Source of the DNA: Gemmatimonadales bacterium
GTDB taxonomy: Bacteria; Gemmatimonadota; Gemmatimonadetes; Gemmatimonadales; GWC2-71-9
Assembly (NCBI GenBank): GCA_039934355.1
Contig: JBDTMI010000014.1
Location: 9,141 to 73,140 of the forward strand
Direction of reading: 5' to 3'
DNA length: 64,000 nt
Notes under the pieces: model-generated
Seen by the model: the letters and a program-made list of their open reading frames with translations, nothing else
What the model was told of the DNA's origin: nothing
Databases searched by the model: none
Part shown: positions 49,207 to 59,690 of the stretch, piece after piece
How positions within the stretch are numbered: position 1 is the stretch's first letter
Layout: each line of letters begins with the position of its first letter
Position numbers and translations under genes: made by a program

Positions 49207-50664
49207 ATGCCTTCCGCCCTCTCGCTTCGGAACATCTCCAGGCAATTCGGCACCGTTACCGCCCTTCGTGCGGTGACCTTCGAACTGGCTGTCGGCGAAG
49301 TTCATGCCCTGCTGGGCGAGAACGGAGCTGGCAAGTCGACGCTGATGAAGGTTGCATTCGGGCTCGTGCGACCAGACTCCGGATCGATCGCTGTCGACGG
49401 AATCCCGGTGCAGCTCCGTTCACCGGTGGAGGCGCGCCGCGCCGGCATCGGCATGGTGCACCAGCATTTCACCTCGATCTCCGCGCTCACTGTCTGGGAG
49501 AATGTCGCGCTCACCGCGGGCTGGTCGGTGCGCCGTCCAGGGGTCGTGGCGGAACGGGTGCATGCGCTGGCGCAACACGCCGGCCTCGCCCTCGACCCCC
49601 GAAGCATCGTGCGCGACTTGACCGCCGGGCTCAAGCAGCGCCTCGAAGTGCTGAAGGCCATCGCCGCCGACGCACGGATTCTGCTCCTCGACGAACCGTC
49701 GTCGGTCCTGTCACCCGCAGAAGCCGAACAGTTTCTCGGCCAGATCACCGCATTCAAGGCCCTTGGCATTTCCACGGTCTTGATCACTCACAAGCTGTCC
49801 GAAGCCCTCGGGGTCGCAGACACGGTGACGGTGTTGCGGCACGGAAGCGTGGTCCACCACGGGCCGATCCGCGAGACCAACGCGAGGACACTGGCCCGCC
49901 ATCTGCTCGGCGAGGTCTCGATCGACCGGCCGCAACTCCCGCCGCCGGTGCCTGGCAACATTGTGGTTCGGGCGAGTCAACTCTCGGTAGACCGGCTGGG
50001 CGTGGGTGGCACCGGTCTTCGTCGCGCGACATTCTCGGCCCGCGCGGGGGAAGTAATCGGGATCGCGGCGATCGAGGGAAACGGCCAGCGCGAACTGTTG
50101 CGGGCTATCGCCGGGCTGGTGCGTGTGGCGGGCGGGAGTCTCGAGGTCACCGCCCCGGTCGCCCTCGTCCCCGAGGACCGGACCAGTGAAGCCCTGATTG
50201 GCGACTTCACCCTGGCCGAGAACCTGGTGCTCAGCCAGGGTCGATCCGCCCCGTGGATTCACGGGCCATGGATCGATTGGCCTGACGTCCATGCCCGCAC
50301 CCGCGAATTGATCGAGCGCTTCGAGGTGCGCGCGTCGGGAAGCGCGATGCTGGCGCGGGAGTTGAGTGGAGGGAATCAGCAGCGACTGGTCATCGCGGCC
50401 GCGCTCGAGCGGCGCCCCGCAGTCCTGGTTGCCGAAAATCCCACCCGTGGGCTCGACTTCAAGGCTTCTGCTGACGTCCATGAACGACTCCGGGCGACCG
50501 CAGCTGCGGGCGTCGCGGTGATTGTCTATCTCGCCGATCTCGACGAACTGCTGGCGGTCGCGGATCGGGTCGTTGTGCTGACGGCCGGCATTGCCCATGA
50601 GATGACCCCGGGCGCGTCTCGAACGGCGATTGGCCGGCTGATGCTTGCCGGGCCTGAGGAGTGA
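49207..50664 (+). CDS. CUT2-type ABC ATP-binding protein (two NBDs)
   Basis: GENGAGKST, GMVHQHF, VPEDR, LSGGNQQ, NPTRGLD. Confidence 0.9.
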   Translation: MPSALSLRNISRQFGTVTALRAVTFELAVGEVHALLGENGAGKSTLMKVAFGLVRPDSGSIAVDGIPVQLRSPVEARRAGIGMVHQHFTSISALTVWENVALTAGWSVRRPGVVAERVHALAQHAGLALDPRSIVRDLTAGLKQRLEVLKAIAADARILLLDEPSSVLSPAEAEQFLGQITAFKALGISTVLITHKLSEALGVADTVTVLRHGSVVHHGPIRETNARTLARHLLGEVSIDRPQLPPPVPGNIVVRASQLSVDRLGVGGTGLRRATFSARAGEVIGIAAIEGNGQRELLRAIAGLVRVAGGSLEVTAPVALVPEDRTSEALIGDFTLAENLVLSQGRSAPWIHGPWIDWPDVHARTRELIERFEVRASGSAMLARELSGGNQQRLVIAAALERRPAVLVAENPTRGLDFKASADVHERLRATAAAGVAVIVYLADLDELLAVADRVVVLTAGIAHEMTPGASRTAIGRLMLAGPEE

Positions 50665-51737
50665 CGGATGCAAGGGTGGTGACGCGCACCCTGCTCTCGA
50701 CCGGTGCCGCGATTGTCATTGGGCTCGGTGTTCTCGCGATCGGGCTCACGCTCAGCGGGTATGACGCCGGCGCGGCGCTGGCCGCGATGGGCACCGGCGC
50801 CTTCGGTTCCACCGATGCGATGCTGTCGGCGGTCCTCCCGCGCGCGATTCCCCTCATCCTGATCGGCCTCGGGATCGGATTGGCGTTCCGGGGCGGCGCG
50901 CTCAACATCGGCGCGGAAGGGCAGTTTTACGCCGGCGCGATCACGGCGACCTGGGTGGGTCTCCAGCTCGGCGCACGGGTCGGTGCGCTGGGCGAACCCT
51001 GGGCCCGCATCGTTGTCCTGCCACTGGTCCTGCTGGCGGCGGTGGGGGCAGGGATAGTGTGGGCCGGTATCCCGGTCCTCCTCAAGCTGCGGTTCGGCGT
51101 CCTCGAAGTCATCAGTACGCTCCTGCTCAATTTTGTCGCCGAGGCGCTGGTGAGCCTGATGGTGCAGGGACCGCTGCAGGAATCCAAACACATCTACCCG
51201 CAGAGCGATCTCCTCCCCGCGGCGGCTCGACTCCCGCAATGGCCCGGGACACGCCTTCATCTGGGTCTCGCACTCGCGCTCCTCCTCGCCCTGGGGCTCT
51301 GGGTGTTTGGGCGACGGACGCTCGCCGGCTTTGCATTGCGGGCCACCGGCGTCGGTCCCACCGCGGCAGCTGTCGCGGGTCGCATTGACACGCGACGAGT
51401 ATTCGCCCTCGCCCTGCTGGGGTCGGGTGCCCTGGCCGGGCTGGCGGGGGGGGCGGAGATCAGCGGAACCACCTACGCCCTGTTCCAGAATCTCTCGCCG
51501 GGCTACGGCTTCACCGGTATTGCTGTGGCGCTGCTCGCCAAACTCAATCCGCTGGCAATAATCGGCACGGGCCTGATGTTCGCGGCGCTGGAGGCGGGGG
51601 CGAGTGCCATGCAACGGGATGCCGGTGTCCCGGCGATCGCAGTTTATGTCGTGGAGGCGACGATCATCATCGTTGTACTCCTGGCCGACGCCAGACGACG
51701 CCACCTGGCGATGCGTGCCGCGGGCGGCGAGGGCTGA
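50661..51737 (+). CDS. ABC permease (nucleoside type)
   Basis: NIGAEGQ, EVISTLLLN, GYGFTGIAVALL. Confidence 0.9.
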   Translation: MTDARVVTRTLLSTGAAIVIGLGVLAIGLTLSGYDAGAALAAMGTGAFGSTDAMLSAVLPRAIPLILIGLGIGLAFRGGALNIGAEGQFYAGAITATWVGLQLGARVGALGEPWARIVVLPLVLLAAVGAGIVWAGIPVLLKLRFGVLEVISTLLLNFVAEALVSLMVQGPLQESKHIYPQSDLLPAAARLPQWPGTRLHLGLALALLLALGLWVFGRRTLAGFALRATGVGPTAAAVAGRIDTRRVFALALLGSGALAGLAGGAEISGTTYALFQNLSPGYGFTGIAVALLAKLNPLAIIGTGLMFAALEAGASAMQRDAGVPAIAVYVVEATIIIVVLLADARRRHLAMRAAGGEG

Positions 51738-51738
51738 C

Positions 51739-52644
51739 GTGACCGAGAGCCTCATCACCGCCTTCCTCGCCGCGACTGTGCGTATCGCGACGCCGCTCCT
51801 TTTCGCGGCGTTGGGCGAGACCGTGACGGAGCGTGGCGGCGTGATCAACCTTGGCATCGAGGGCGCGATGCTCGCCGGCGCCCTCGGCGCGGCCCTCGGC
51901 GCGACCGCGGGTGGGCCCTGGGCAGGTGTCCTGGCGGCGATCGGGGGTGGGCTGCTTGTCTCGGGGATCTTTGCGGCCATCACGGTGGGTGCGGGCGCCG
52001 AACAAATCATCACCGGGACGGCAATGACACTGGCCTCGATCGGATTGACCGGGGCGATCTATCGATCAGCGTATGGACCGAGTGGCGTCGGCCTGACGCT
52101 GCCGACGCTGGCCCCGCTGGCCGTTCCTGGCCTGGCGGGCATTCCTGTCATCGGGCCAGCGTTCTTCCAGCAGAGTGCCCTCACATATATCGGATTCGCC
52201 CTGGTCCCGCTGCTCTGGTGGGGGCTCTTTCGCACTCGATTTGGATTGGCGCTTCGGGCGAGTGGGGAGTCCGCGGACCATGCCCGGGCCGCTGGCGTGC
52301 GGGTGAAGCGGATCCGGGTGATTGGTGTCCTCATCGGCGGCGCGCTCTCCGGCCTGGCCGGAGCCAGTCTGGTGCTGGCGCAGGTAGGCACCTTCGCAGA
52401 GAAGATGACGGCCGGGCGTGGCTTCATCGCGATCGCCATCGTGGTGCTGGGTGCCTGGCATCCTGGTCGGGTGCTCGGAGCCGCGCTGTTCTTCGGTGCG
52501 GCGATGGCGCTGCAGTTCCTCTTTCAGTCGTTCATGCCTGACATGCCCTACCAGGTGTTTCTCCTGCTTCCCTATCTGCTCACCCTGCTCGTGCTCGCTG
52601 GAGTGGTCGGGAAGGTGAGGGCGCCGGCAGATCTGGGGCGGTGA
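51739..52644 (+). CDS. ABC permease (nucleoside type)
   Basis: TPLLFAALGE..ERGGVINLGIEG and GRGFIAIA; GTG start at 51739. Confidence 0.9.
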   Translation: MTESLITAFLAATVRIATPLLFAALGETVTERGGVINLGIEGAMLAGALGAALGATAGGPWAGVLAAIGGGLLVSGIFAAITVGAGAEQIITGTAMTLASIGLTGAIYRSAYGPSGVGLTLPTLAPLAVPGLAGIPVIGPAFFQQSALTYIGFALVPLLWWGLFRTRFGLALRASGESADHARAAGVRVKRIRVIGVLIGGALSGLAGASLVLAQVGTFAEKMTAGRGFIAIAIVVLGAWHPGRVLGAALFFGAAMALQFLFQSFMPDMPYQVFLLLPYLLTLLVLAGVVGKVRAPADLGR

Positions 52645-52688
52645 CCGGGGCACCCGAGCCGACCGTTCGACCCTGGTGCCCGGGGCGC

Positions 52689-52720
52689 AAACTCTCCCGT
52701 CAGGCGGCGACGGGAGGTTT
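52689..52720. terminator. bidirectional hairpin terminator
   Basis: AAACTCTCCCGTC-aggcggc-GACGGGAGGTTT between convergent genes. Confidence 0.55.
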
Positions 52721-52759
52721 CGGGTGCGACGTCAGGGCGCGTCACGGGCGGGTGGCGTG

Positions 52760-53533
52760 TCAGGTGGGCATCTCCGCGCGGGCGCTCGCAATCAGGTCGC
52801 GCACCCGATCACGCAATGCGGGGACATCGGCACTGGTGAGCCCGGTCGTTTCAATCGGTTCGAGGACGCGCACCTCCGCCCGCGCGGGATTCACCCGCCA
52901 GTCGTGCTTCCGCAGCGCGGTGGCGGTTCCACACACCACCAGCGGCAGGATCGGAACTCCGGCGTCAACCGCCAGGCGGAAGGCGCCATCCTTGAACGGC
53001 AGCATCTGGCCGTCGACCGAGCGGGTGCCCTCGGGGAAGAAGATGACCGACACGCGCCGGGCCAGAATGGTTCGGCAGCGTCGCATCGCTTCGACGGCAC
53101 TCCGCCGGTCACCCCGTAGAATCGGAATATCCCCCGCGAGCCACATATCCCATCCCATTATCGGAATGCGCATCAGCTCGACTTTGGAAAACCACTTCAT
53201 TTCCCACGGCAGGTGACTGATCAGGAGAATGTCCACAAAGGACTCGTGATTGGCGACGACGACATACGGTCGGCGCGGATCCCGTGGCAGTGTCCCCGTG
53301 AACCTGAAATCCCACAGCGGGTTCAGGGCCGTCATCACGACGGCGATCTTGCGAAAGAAGAGCCCGACCCAGTAACGCCCGGGATCGAACGGGGCTGCCA
53401 TGAGCCGAAGAACGAGCATCAGGGGGAACCAGATCACGAGGCAGGCGACGAGCACGGTCCAGATCCAGATGGAGACCAGAGAAATCCAGAGACGTGACAG
53501 GACGTGCCGTTCCGGGGCCTGAAGCTCAGCCAT
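52760..53533 (-). CDS. lysophospholipid/1-acyl-G3P acyltransferase (PlsC family)
   Basis: NHESFVD (HxxxxD), FPEGTRS, PFKDGAF. Confidence 0.9.
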   Translation of the reverse strand: MAELQAPERHVLSRLWISLVSIWIWTVLVACLVIWFPLMLVLRLMAAPFDPGRYWVGLFFRKIAVVMTALNPLWDFRFTGTLPRDPRRPYVVVANHESFVDILLISHLPWEMKWFSKVELMRIPIMGWDMWLAGDIPILRGDRRSAVEAMRRCRTILARRVSVIFFPEGTRSVDGQMLPFKDGAFRLAVDAGVPILPLVVCGTATALRKHDWRVNPARAEVRVLEPIETTGLTSADVPALRDRVRDLIASARAEMPT

Positions 53534-53903
53534 GGGTGTGTTCATCAGGAATCTGGTCATCCCACAGAGCGAACACATTGCCATCCGGATCCGCGATCAT
53601 CGCCATGACGCCGAAGGATTGGCGGGTGGGTTCAGCCAGGAACCGCACTCCGCGTTCGTGCAGATGTTCACAGAAATTCAGAATGCCATCGATGTGGAAG
53701 GTGATGCCGGTGTGCCGGCCGACGAGGGCCTTCGCGTCGGGGTGCACGGCGGGATGGATACCCAGGTTCATGGCGCCGCCAACGAACTCCGCACCGAATG
53801 ATCCCTCACGGATGAGCGGAAGTTCCAGGTCGTCACGGTAGAAGCGCTTGGCGCGATCAATGTCCGTCACAAAGATGGCGACGGAATGGAGTGTTGGCGG
53901 CAT
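53526..53903 (-). CDS. VOC/glyoxalase family protein
   Basis: V.DIDRAKRFY.D.L, GITFHI, DPDGN. Confidence 0.88.
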   Translation of the reverse strand: MPPTLHSVAIFVTDIDRAKRFYRDDLELPLIREGSFGAEFVGGAMNLGIHPAVHPDAKALVGRHTGITFHIDGILNFCEHLHERGVRFLAEPTRQSFGVMAMIADPDGNVFALWDDQIPDEHTHG

Positions 53904-53945
53904 GCGGGGAAGTTAGATCGTGGCGGGGGGAGGGAGAAGGGAGAT

Positions 53946-54935
53946 TCACTCCTCTTTCGGGCCCAGAGTCTGATAAGCCGCGCGCCAATTTCGCCGCATT
54001 CGCTCGAGCCCAGGTCGCGAAAGAGCAGTATCTCCGAACCGTTGTTCGAACTCTGCCTCGTCCATCGCCTCAAAGAACTCGGCGCCCGCGCCCTCGAACG
54101 CCCGACGAGGCTGAAACTCCGCAATCTGGCTCGAGACGGCGAACCGCTCATTCCAGGGACAGACTTCGTTGCAGATGTCGCAGCCGAATGCCCAGCCTCC
54201 GAGACGCTCCCCGACCTCCGGCGGGATGGGCCCCTTCTGCTCAATGGTCACATAGGAAATGCACCGCGTCGCGTCCAGCAGCCGAGGCTCGACGAACGCC
54301 TGGGTGGGGCAGGCGTCGAGGCATCGGGTACAACTGCCGCAGTGGTCGGTCTGGAATGGTTCGTCGGTTGGGAGCAGGAGATCGGTTAAGATGGTTCCGA
54401 TGAAGAACCACGACCCGACGCCAGGACGGATCAGCATCGTGTTCTTGCCAATCCATCCGAGGCCTGCACGCTGGGCGAGCTCGCGCTCCGCAATCGGTCC
54501 GGTGTCCACGTAGGGCCGGGCTGTCTCGGCGCCATTCTGTCGGAGAAAATCTGCCAGAAGCTCCAGTCTCCGAAGGGTCACACGATGGTAGTCCTCGCCC
54601 CGGGCGTAGCGGGCAACCTTGGGCACCGATGTGGATGTCAGGTCTGAGGGCGCCCTGCTGATCCGACCGTCAACAACGACCCCAGCCGAGTCGCGCTCGC
54701 CATAGTAGTAGTTATCTACAACGACTATGGCTCGGTTCGCTGTTTGATCGGCCAGCTGGGGATTCTTTCGCTTCTTCGCCTGTCGATGGAGGTACCGCAT
54801 GTTTCCGGCGAATCCATCCGCCAGCCAGCGGGTCAACGCGTCGTTGTGGGGCAGCGGATCCAGGGTGGTGATGCCACAGGCCAGGAAGCCGAGGCGGAGC
54901 GCCTCGACTTTGACACGGGCGGCAACATTCTGCAT
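53946..54935 (-). CDS. queG: epoxyqueuosine reductase
   Basis: ARYARGEDYH, VDTGP..ERELA..AGLGWIGKN, CGSCTRCLDACPT, GCDICNEVCPWN. Start may be TTG 54944. Confidence 0.93.
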   Translation of the reverse strand: MQNVAARVKVEALRLGFLACGITTLDPLPHNDALTRWLADGFAGNMRYLHRQAKKRKNPQLADQTANRAIVVVDNYYYGERDSAGVVVDGRISRAPSDLTSTSVPKVARYARGEDYHRVTLRRLELLADFLRQNGAETARPYVDTGPIAERELAQRAGLGWIGKNTMLIRPGVGSWFFIGTILTDLLLPTDEPFQTDHCGSCTRCLDACPTQAFVEPRLLDATRCISYVTIEQKGPIPPEVGERLGGWAFGCDICNEVCPWNERFAVSSQIAEFQPRRAFEGAGAEFFEAMDEAEFEQRFGDTALSRPGLERMRRNWRAAYQTLGPKEE

Positions 54936-54940
54936 CGGTG

Positions 54941-56263
54941 TCAACCGGGGAGGGTTGATGTCGACTCGGGAGTCGGAATCGGACCGGATGGTCGGGTTCC
55001 GGGCGGTCTGCCAGTAGCGCTCCAGTTGCCGAGGATCAGCCGCGCCCCGCGCTGATAGGTAAAGTAGGACCAGCCCCACTCGAGCATGACCCGCACCCGG
55101 TTGCGAAAGCCGATCAGGAAAAAGATATGGACGAAAACCCAGGTGAGCCACGCGAAGAATCCACCGAAATGCACGTTCCAGATGTCCGCCACCGCATGCC
55201 CGCGACCGATGACGGCGAGCTGTCCCTTGTCCCAATAGACAAAGGGACGACGCGGGCGGCCGGCGAGGTCGCCCCGAATGGTGCGAGCAGTGAAGCTCCC
55301 CATCTGCACGGCGACCGGGCAGGTTCCCGGGAGAATTCCCTCCCGCCTATCGGCGAACGCCGCCGCATCCCCGAGGACAAACACCTCCGGATGACCGGGG
55401 ATGGTGCAATCGGGTTCCACGAGCACTCTACCTGCGCGATCGAGTGGCACGCCGAGGGTTCGGGTGAGAGGGCTCGCAACATTGCCCGCGGCCCAGACCA
55501 CCGTCTGGGTCGGGATCGTCCAGCCGCCCGCGATCACCAGGCCTGGGCGGATGTCACTGACCAGCGTCTGCTCGCGCACCTCGACACCGAGGCGTCGGAG
55601 TTCGCGCTTGGCGCGTTCAGAAAGCTCCTTGGGATATGTCGAAAGAATCCGCTCTCCACCTTCGAGCAGCATGACCGTCGCTTCCCCAGGGTCGATGTGC
55701 CGGAAATCCCGGCGGAGCGCGTAGCGGCGGATTTCCGCAAGCGCTCCGGCTACCTCAACGCCGGTCGGCCCACCCCCGACCACGACGAAGGTGAGGTTTG
55801 CGTGGCGTTTGACCGGGTCATTCTCCCGCTCCGCGCGTTCGAAGGAGAGCAGGACCCGACGCCGAATCTCCTGTGCGTCCTCGAGACTTTTCAAGCCGGG
55901 TGCCAACGGCTCCCAGTCATCCCGGCCAAAGTAGGAATGGCGCACCCCGGTTGCGAGTATCAGGTAGTCGTATACAATACTACTGCCGTCTGTCAGGATG
56001 ATTTGGCGATGCTCCGGGACGATGTCTACGACTTCGCCGAGCACGACCTCGGCATTCGGTTGATCGCGGAGAATTGAGCGAATCGGGGAGGCGATATCGT
56101 GCGGGGAGAGTGCAGCCGTCGCCACCTGGTACAGCATTGGCTGGAAGAGATGGTAGTTCTCCCGGTCGACCACGGTAATGCGGACCGGGACATCGGCCAG
56201 GTCTTGAGCGGTGTAGAGTCCTGCGAAACCTGCGCCCACGATGACAACATGCGGCTCAGACAC
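54941..56263 (-). CDS. ndh: type II NADH dehydrogenase-like FAD oxidoreductase
   Basis: GAGFAG, FQPMLYQVAT, GGGPTGVE.AG, WAAG, LGD. Confidence 0.88.
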   Translation of the reverse strand: MSEPHVVIVGAGFAGLYTAQDLADVPVRITVVDRENYHLFQPMLYQVATAALSPHDIASPIRSILRDQPNAEVVLGEVVDIVPEHRQIILTDGSSIVYDYLILATGVRHSYFGRDDWEPLAPGLKSLEDAQEIRRRVLLSFERAERENDPVKRHANLTFVVVGGGPTGVEVAGALAEIRRYALRRDFRHIDPGEATVMLLEGGERILSTYPKELSERAKRELRRLGVEVREQTLVSDIRPGLVIAGGWTIPTQTVVWAAGNVASPLTRTLGVPLDRAGRVLVEPDCTIPGHPEVFVLGDAAAFADRREGILPGTCPVAVQMGSFTARTIRGDLAGRPRRPFVYWDKGQLAVIGRGHAVADIWNVHFGGFFAWLTWVFVHIFFLIGFRNRVRVMLEWGWSYFTYQRGARLILGNWSATGRPPGTRPSGPIPTPESTSTLPG

Positions 56264-56522
56264 TCAATATTCTCCTGCGCCATCGGGCAAACCGCAGCAC
56301 ATCGCTGACCGACGGAAGCGTGCGCTCCTCCCCGTAGGCGGTGTGGAGCCGCCAGGCCAGGTACTCGGAGTCCGGCCGGGGAAGGAAGGGCGGGATGTGC
56401 CACCAGTGGCGCCGGCGGAATGCCCACAGCATCGTCAGCAGGTCCCACGCGACGAGGGGATTGAGGATGGCATGCCCCGTCAGGCGCGCCAGCAGCCCTG
56501 CCCACCCGCTCGTTTCGTCCAT
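56256..56522 (-). CDS. small hypothetical protein (88 aa)
   Basis: WW..PPFLPRPD..YLAWRL.TAYG motif; overlaps the ndh start; TATCTT 7 nt upstream. Confidence 0.7.
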   Translation of the reverse strand: MDETSGWAGLLARLTGHAILNPLVAWDLLTMLWAFRRRHWWHIPPFLPRPDSEYLAWRLHTAYGEERTLPSVSDVLRFARWRRRILSV

Positions 56523-56582
56523 GGGAACGAAGATAACCACCCCCGGTGCCACGCCGAGAGCGGGGGTGTATTCTTTTGCTCG

Positions 56583-57731
56583 ATGACGGCGACGATCCCC
56601 ACGACACTCGCGCTGCGGTATCGGGACCAGTTCCCGATTTTCCAGCACGCGGTTTATCTCAACAGCTGTTCCCTTGGCGCGCTTGCGGTCCGGGTCCGTG
56701 CGGCGGTGGGTGACTACCTCGATCAATGGGAGCGGCGTGGCGCATCGGCCTGGTATGACACCTGGCTGCCGGCGGTGGAGCGGCTGAGGGCGGGATACGG
56801 CCAGGTCGTCGGGGCGGAGGCCGGCAGCATTTCGATTCACCCATCGATTTCGTCGGCGCTGTCCATCGTGGGCGAGTCGCTCGACTATCGTCGTCGGCCG
56901 AAGGTGGTGACGACCAGCCTCGATTTCCCGACGGTGCCGTACCAATGGCTGGCCAAGGCCGGTGAGGGCGTCCGGCTGGAGATCATCGAGAGTCCTGATG
57001 GCATCACGGTGCCACTGGAACGGTTCGCCGCGGCGATCGATGAATCCACGGCGCTGGTGGCAACCAGCCAGGTGTATTTCGCCAGCGGAGCGATCCAGGA
57101 TGTCGGGGCGCTGGCCGACCTGGCGCACGCGCGCGGGGCGCGGGTGCTCATCGACGGCTACCAGGGCGCGGGCCAGGTCCCGACCGATGTCGCCGCCACC
57201 GATCTCGACTTCTACTGCGCTGGTGGACTGAAGTGGCTGCTCGGCGGTTCGGGGATCGCGTTTCTATACGTGCGTCCCGCCCTGATCCCCGAGCTCAATC
57301 CGCGAATCACGGGCTGGTTCGGCCATGCGGCACCGTTCACATTCGACCCAAGGGTGCTCGACCGCGCGTCGGATGCGCACCGCTTCGACGTCGGGACACC
57401 TTCGGTCGCATCCGTCTACGCGCAGCTCGCCGGACTGTCGCTGCTGCAGGAGATCGGTCTGCCGGACGTCCACGCCACCACGCGCGCACTCGCGGAAGAG
57501 TTCATCGCTCTCGCCACAGACCGCGGGCTCCGCCCGAAAGTGCATCCGGACCCGACACGTCGCAGTGCGATCATCATGGTGCCTCGTCGTGAGCCCGCGG
57601 CGGATGTGAAGCGCCTGGCGGCCGCGGGATTCATCGTCGACGCCCGGCCGGGCCATGTGCGGGTGTCGCCCTATTTCTACAACCTGCCCGAGGACCATCG
57701 GGCTCTGCTGGAGCATCTCCCCCGTGAGTAA
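56583..57731 (+). CDS. class V PLP aminotransferase (kynureninase-like)
   Basis: YLNSCSLG, IDGYQGAG, GGLKWLLGG (PLP lysine), RVSPYFYN. Confidence 0.85.
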   Translation: MTATIPTTLALRYRDQFPIFQHAVYLNSCSLGALAVRVRAAVGDYLDQWERRGASAWYDTWLPAVERLRAGYGQVVGAEAGSISIHPSISSALSIVGESLDYRRRPKVVTTSLDFPTVPYQWLAKAGEGVRLEIIESPDGITVPLERFAAAIDESTALVATSQVYFASGAIQDVGALADLAHARGARVLIDGYQGAGQVPTDVAATDLDFYCAGGLKWLLGGSGIAFLYVRPALIPELNPRITGWFGHAAPFTFDPRVLDRASDAHRFDVGTPSVASVYAQLAGLSLLQEIGLPDVHATTRALAEEFIALATDRGLRPKVHPDPTRRSAIIMVPRREPAADVKRLAAAGFIVDARPGHVRVSPYFYNLPEDHRALLEHLPRE

Positions 57732-58476
57732 CCGCGAGATCCGTCACAAGGACCGTCCCAGCGGCCCGACTGCCGATGAACAGCTGCTCGAGAGCGTGGC
57801 GATTCCCGAGCGACCCGACGCCCTCCGCAAGACAGATCCGTGGCGGGTCCTCCGCATCATGGGCGAATTTGTCGAAGGCTTCGAGAAGCTGGGCGACATC
57901 CAGGATGCGGTGGCCATCTTCGGCTCAGCGCGGACCGGCACCACCGATCCGCAGTACCTGCTTGCGGTGGAAACCGCGCGGCTGCTGGCCGAAGCGGGAT
58001 TTCCGGTCATTACCGGAGGCGGGCCGGGCATCATGGAGGCGGCGAACAAGGGCGCCGTCCTCGGAGAGGGGCTGTCGATCGGTTGCAACATCGAGCTGCC
58101 CCACGAGCAGGGGACCAACACCTACGTGCGCCGGAGCATGTTCTTCCGGTTCTTCTTTGTCCGCAAGACGATGTTTGCGAAATATTCGATGGCATTCGTG
58201 GTGTTTCCCGGTGGATTTGGCACGCTGGACGAGCTGTTCGAAGCGCTCACGCTCATCCAGACCGGCAAGGTGAGCAGCTTCCCGGTGGTGCTGGTGGGGA
58301 AGGCGTACTGGCAGGGGCTGGTGGACTGGCTCAGTACGACAATGGTGGGAGAAGGCAAGATCGCCCGGGCCGATCTCAATCTGTTCCACGTGACCGATGA
58401 TCCGGCGGAAGTATTGCGCCTCATTCAGGAGGCCAAGGGCAACGGCACGCGCAATGCGGGCGAGTTGGAACGGTAA
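57724..58476 (+). CDS. LOG family (TIGR00730) nucleotide phosphoribohydrolase
   Basis: [34 protein letters not shown]. Confidence 0.92.
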   Translation: MSNREIRHKDRPSGPTADEQLLESVAIPERPDALRKTDPWRVLRIMGEFVEGFEKLGDIQDAVAIFGSARTGTTDPQYLLAVETARLLAEAGFPVITGGGPGIMEAANKGAVLGEGLSIGCNIELPHEQGTNTYVRRSMFFRFFFVRKTMFAKYSMAFVVFPGGFGTLDELFEALTLIQTGKVSSFPVVLVGKAYWQGLVDWLSTTMVGEGKIARADLNLFHVTDDPAEVLRLIQEAKGNGTRNAGELER

Positions 58477-58535
58477 CCAGGGCCAGATCCCCAGGACGGA
58501 TCATCCCCATTCACATCCACCGGCAAGACGATCAG

Positions 58536-59666
58536 ATGACCCGACCCAGCGACAACTACCTCCGGGGCAAGCGGATCGATCCGCAGGCGATCACCGGCCG
58601 GGAATCCGCCGCCGATCTGCTGGACAACGCGTTCCTCGCGTATAACGCGGGACGGTTGCGCGAGGGATGCCAACTCTTCACCCAGCGCATGCTGGGCGAC
58701 GATTCCACCGTGGGCATGAGCCTGACGGGTGCGATGACGCCGGCCGGGCTCGGCATGAGCTGCCTCATCCCGCTGATGGAGGCCGGTTTCATCGACTGGA
58801 TCATTTCCACCGGGGCCAACCTCTATCACGATGCGCACTTCGCGCTGGGGCTGTCGCTGCACCAGGGCAGCCCGAGCGTGGATGATGTGGAATTGCGCGA
58901 CAAGGGTGTGGTCCGGATCTACGACATCTTCTTCGACTACAACGTGCTGCTGTCGACGGACGCTTTCGTGCGCGAGGTGTCGGCAGGGGCGGATTTCCAG
59001 CATTCGATGAGCACCGCCGAATATCACTACCTCCTGGGCGGGTACTTGCGGGAGCGGGAGCGGACCCTGGGCCTCTCCAAGCGATCGGTCCTCAGCACCG
59101 CGCACGAACTCGAGGTCCCGATCTATACCAGCTCACCGGGCGACAGCTCGATCGGCATGAACGTCGCGGAGCAGGCGCTGGCGGGATCCAAGCTGCGCTA
59201 CGACGTGAGCGCGGACGTGAACGAGACGGCGTCAATCGTGCTGGAGGCAAAGCGCACCGGCGGAAAGAGTGCGGCGTTCATTGTCGGCGGGGGCAGTCCC
59301 AAGAATTTTCTGCTGCAGACTGAGCCGCAAATCCAGGAAGTCCTGGGCATCGACGAACGCGGCCACGACTTTTTCCTCCAGATGACCGACGCGCGTCCGG
59401 ACACCGGTGGCTTGTCGGGCGCGACACCGAACGAGGCGGTGAGCTGGGGCAAGATCGATCCGGACATGCTGCCCGGGACGGTCGTGGTCTACCTCGACAA
59501 TTCGGTGGCGTTGCCGCTGCTCACGGCTTACGCACTGGCGCGTCACGCGCCGCGGCCGCTCAAGCGTCTCTATGCCAGGCGTCAGGCGATGATGGACCGC
59601 CTGGTGAGTGAGTACCGCAAAGCGCTCGCCTTCCGCGACGAACGGGCAGAGGCGTCCAAGGGCTGA
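58536..59666 (+). CDS. deoxyhypusine synthase-like protein (possible homospermidine synthase, SpeY-like)
   Basis: [34 protein letters not shown] (catalytic lysine retained). Confidence 0.9.
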   Translation: MTRPSDNYLRGKRIDPQAITGRESAADLLDNAFLAYNAGRLREGCQLFTQRMLGDDSTVGMSLTGAMTPAGLGMSCLIPLMEAGFIDWIISTGANLYHDAHFALGLSLHQGSPSVDDVELRDKGVVRIYDIFFDYNVLLSTDAFVREVSAGADFQHSMSTAEYHYLLGGYLRERERTLGLSKRSVLSTAHELEVPIYTSSPGDSSIGMNVAEQALAGSKLRYDVSADVNETASIVLEAKRTGGKSAAFIVGGGSPKNFLLQTEPQIQEVLGIDERGHDFFLQMTDARPDTGGLSGATPNEAVSWGKIDPDMLPGTVVVYLDNSVALPLLTAYALARHAPRPLKRLYARRQAMMDRLVSEYRKALAFRDERAEASKG

Positions 59667-59690
59667 GGCCAGGCGGCGGCGCACCAGCGC

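Noticed and set aside
58382-58397. parS-like TGTTCCACGTGACCGA inside the LOG gene
   Set aside because: Three mismatches in one half-site; explained by the codons for LFHVTD.
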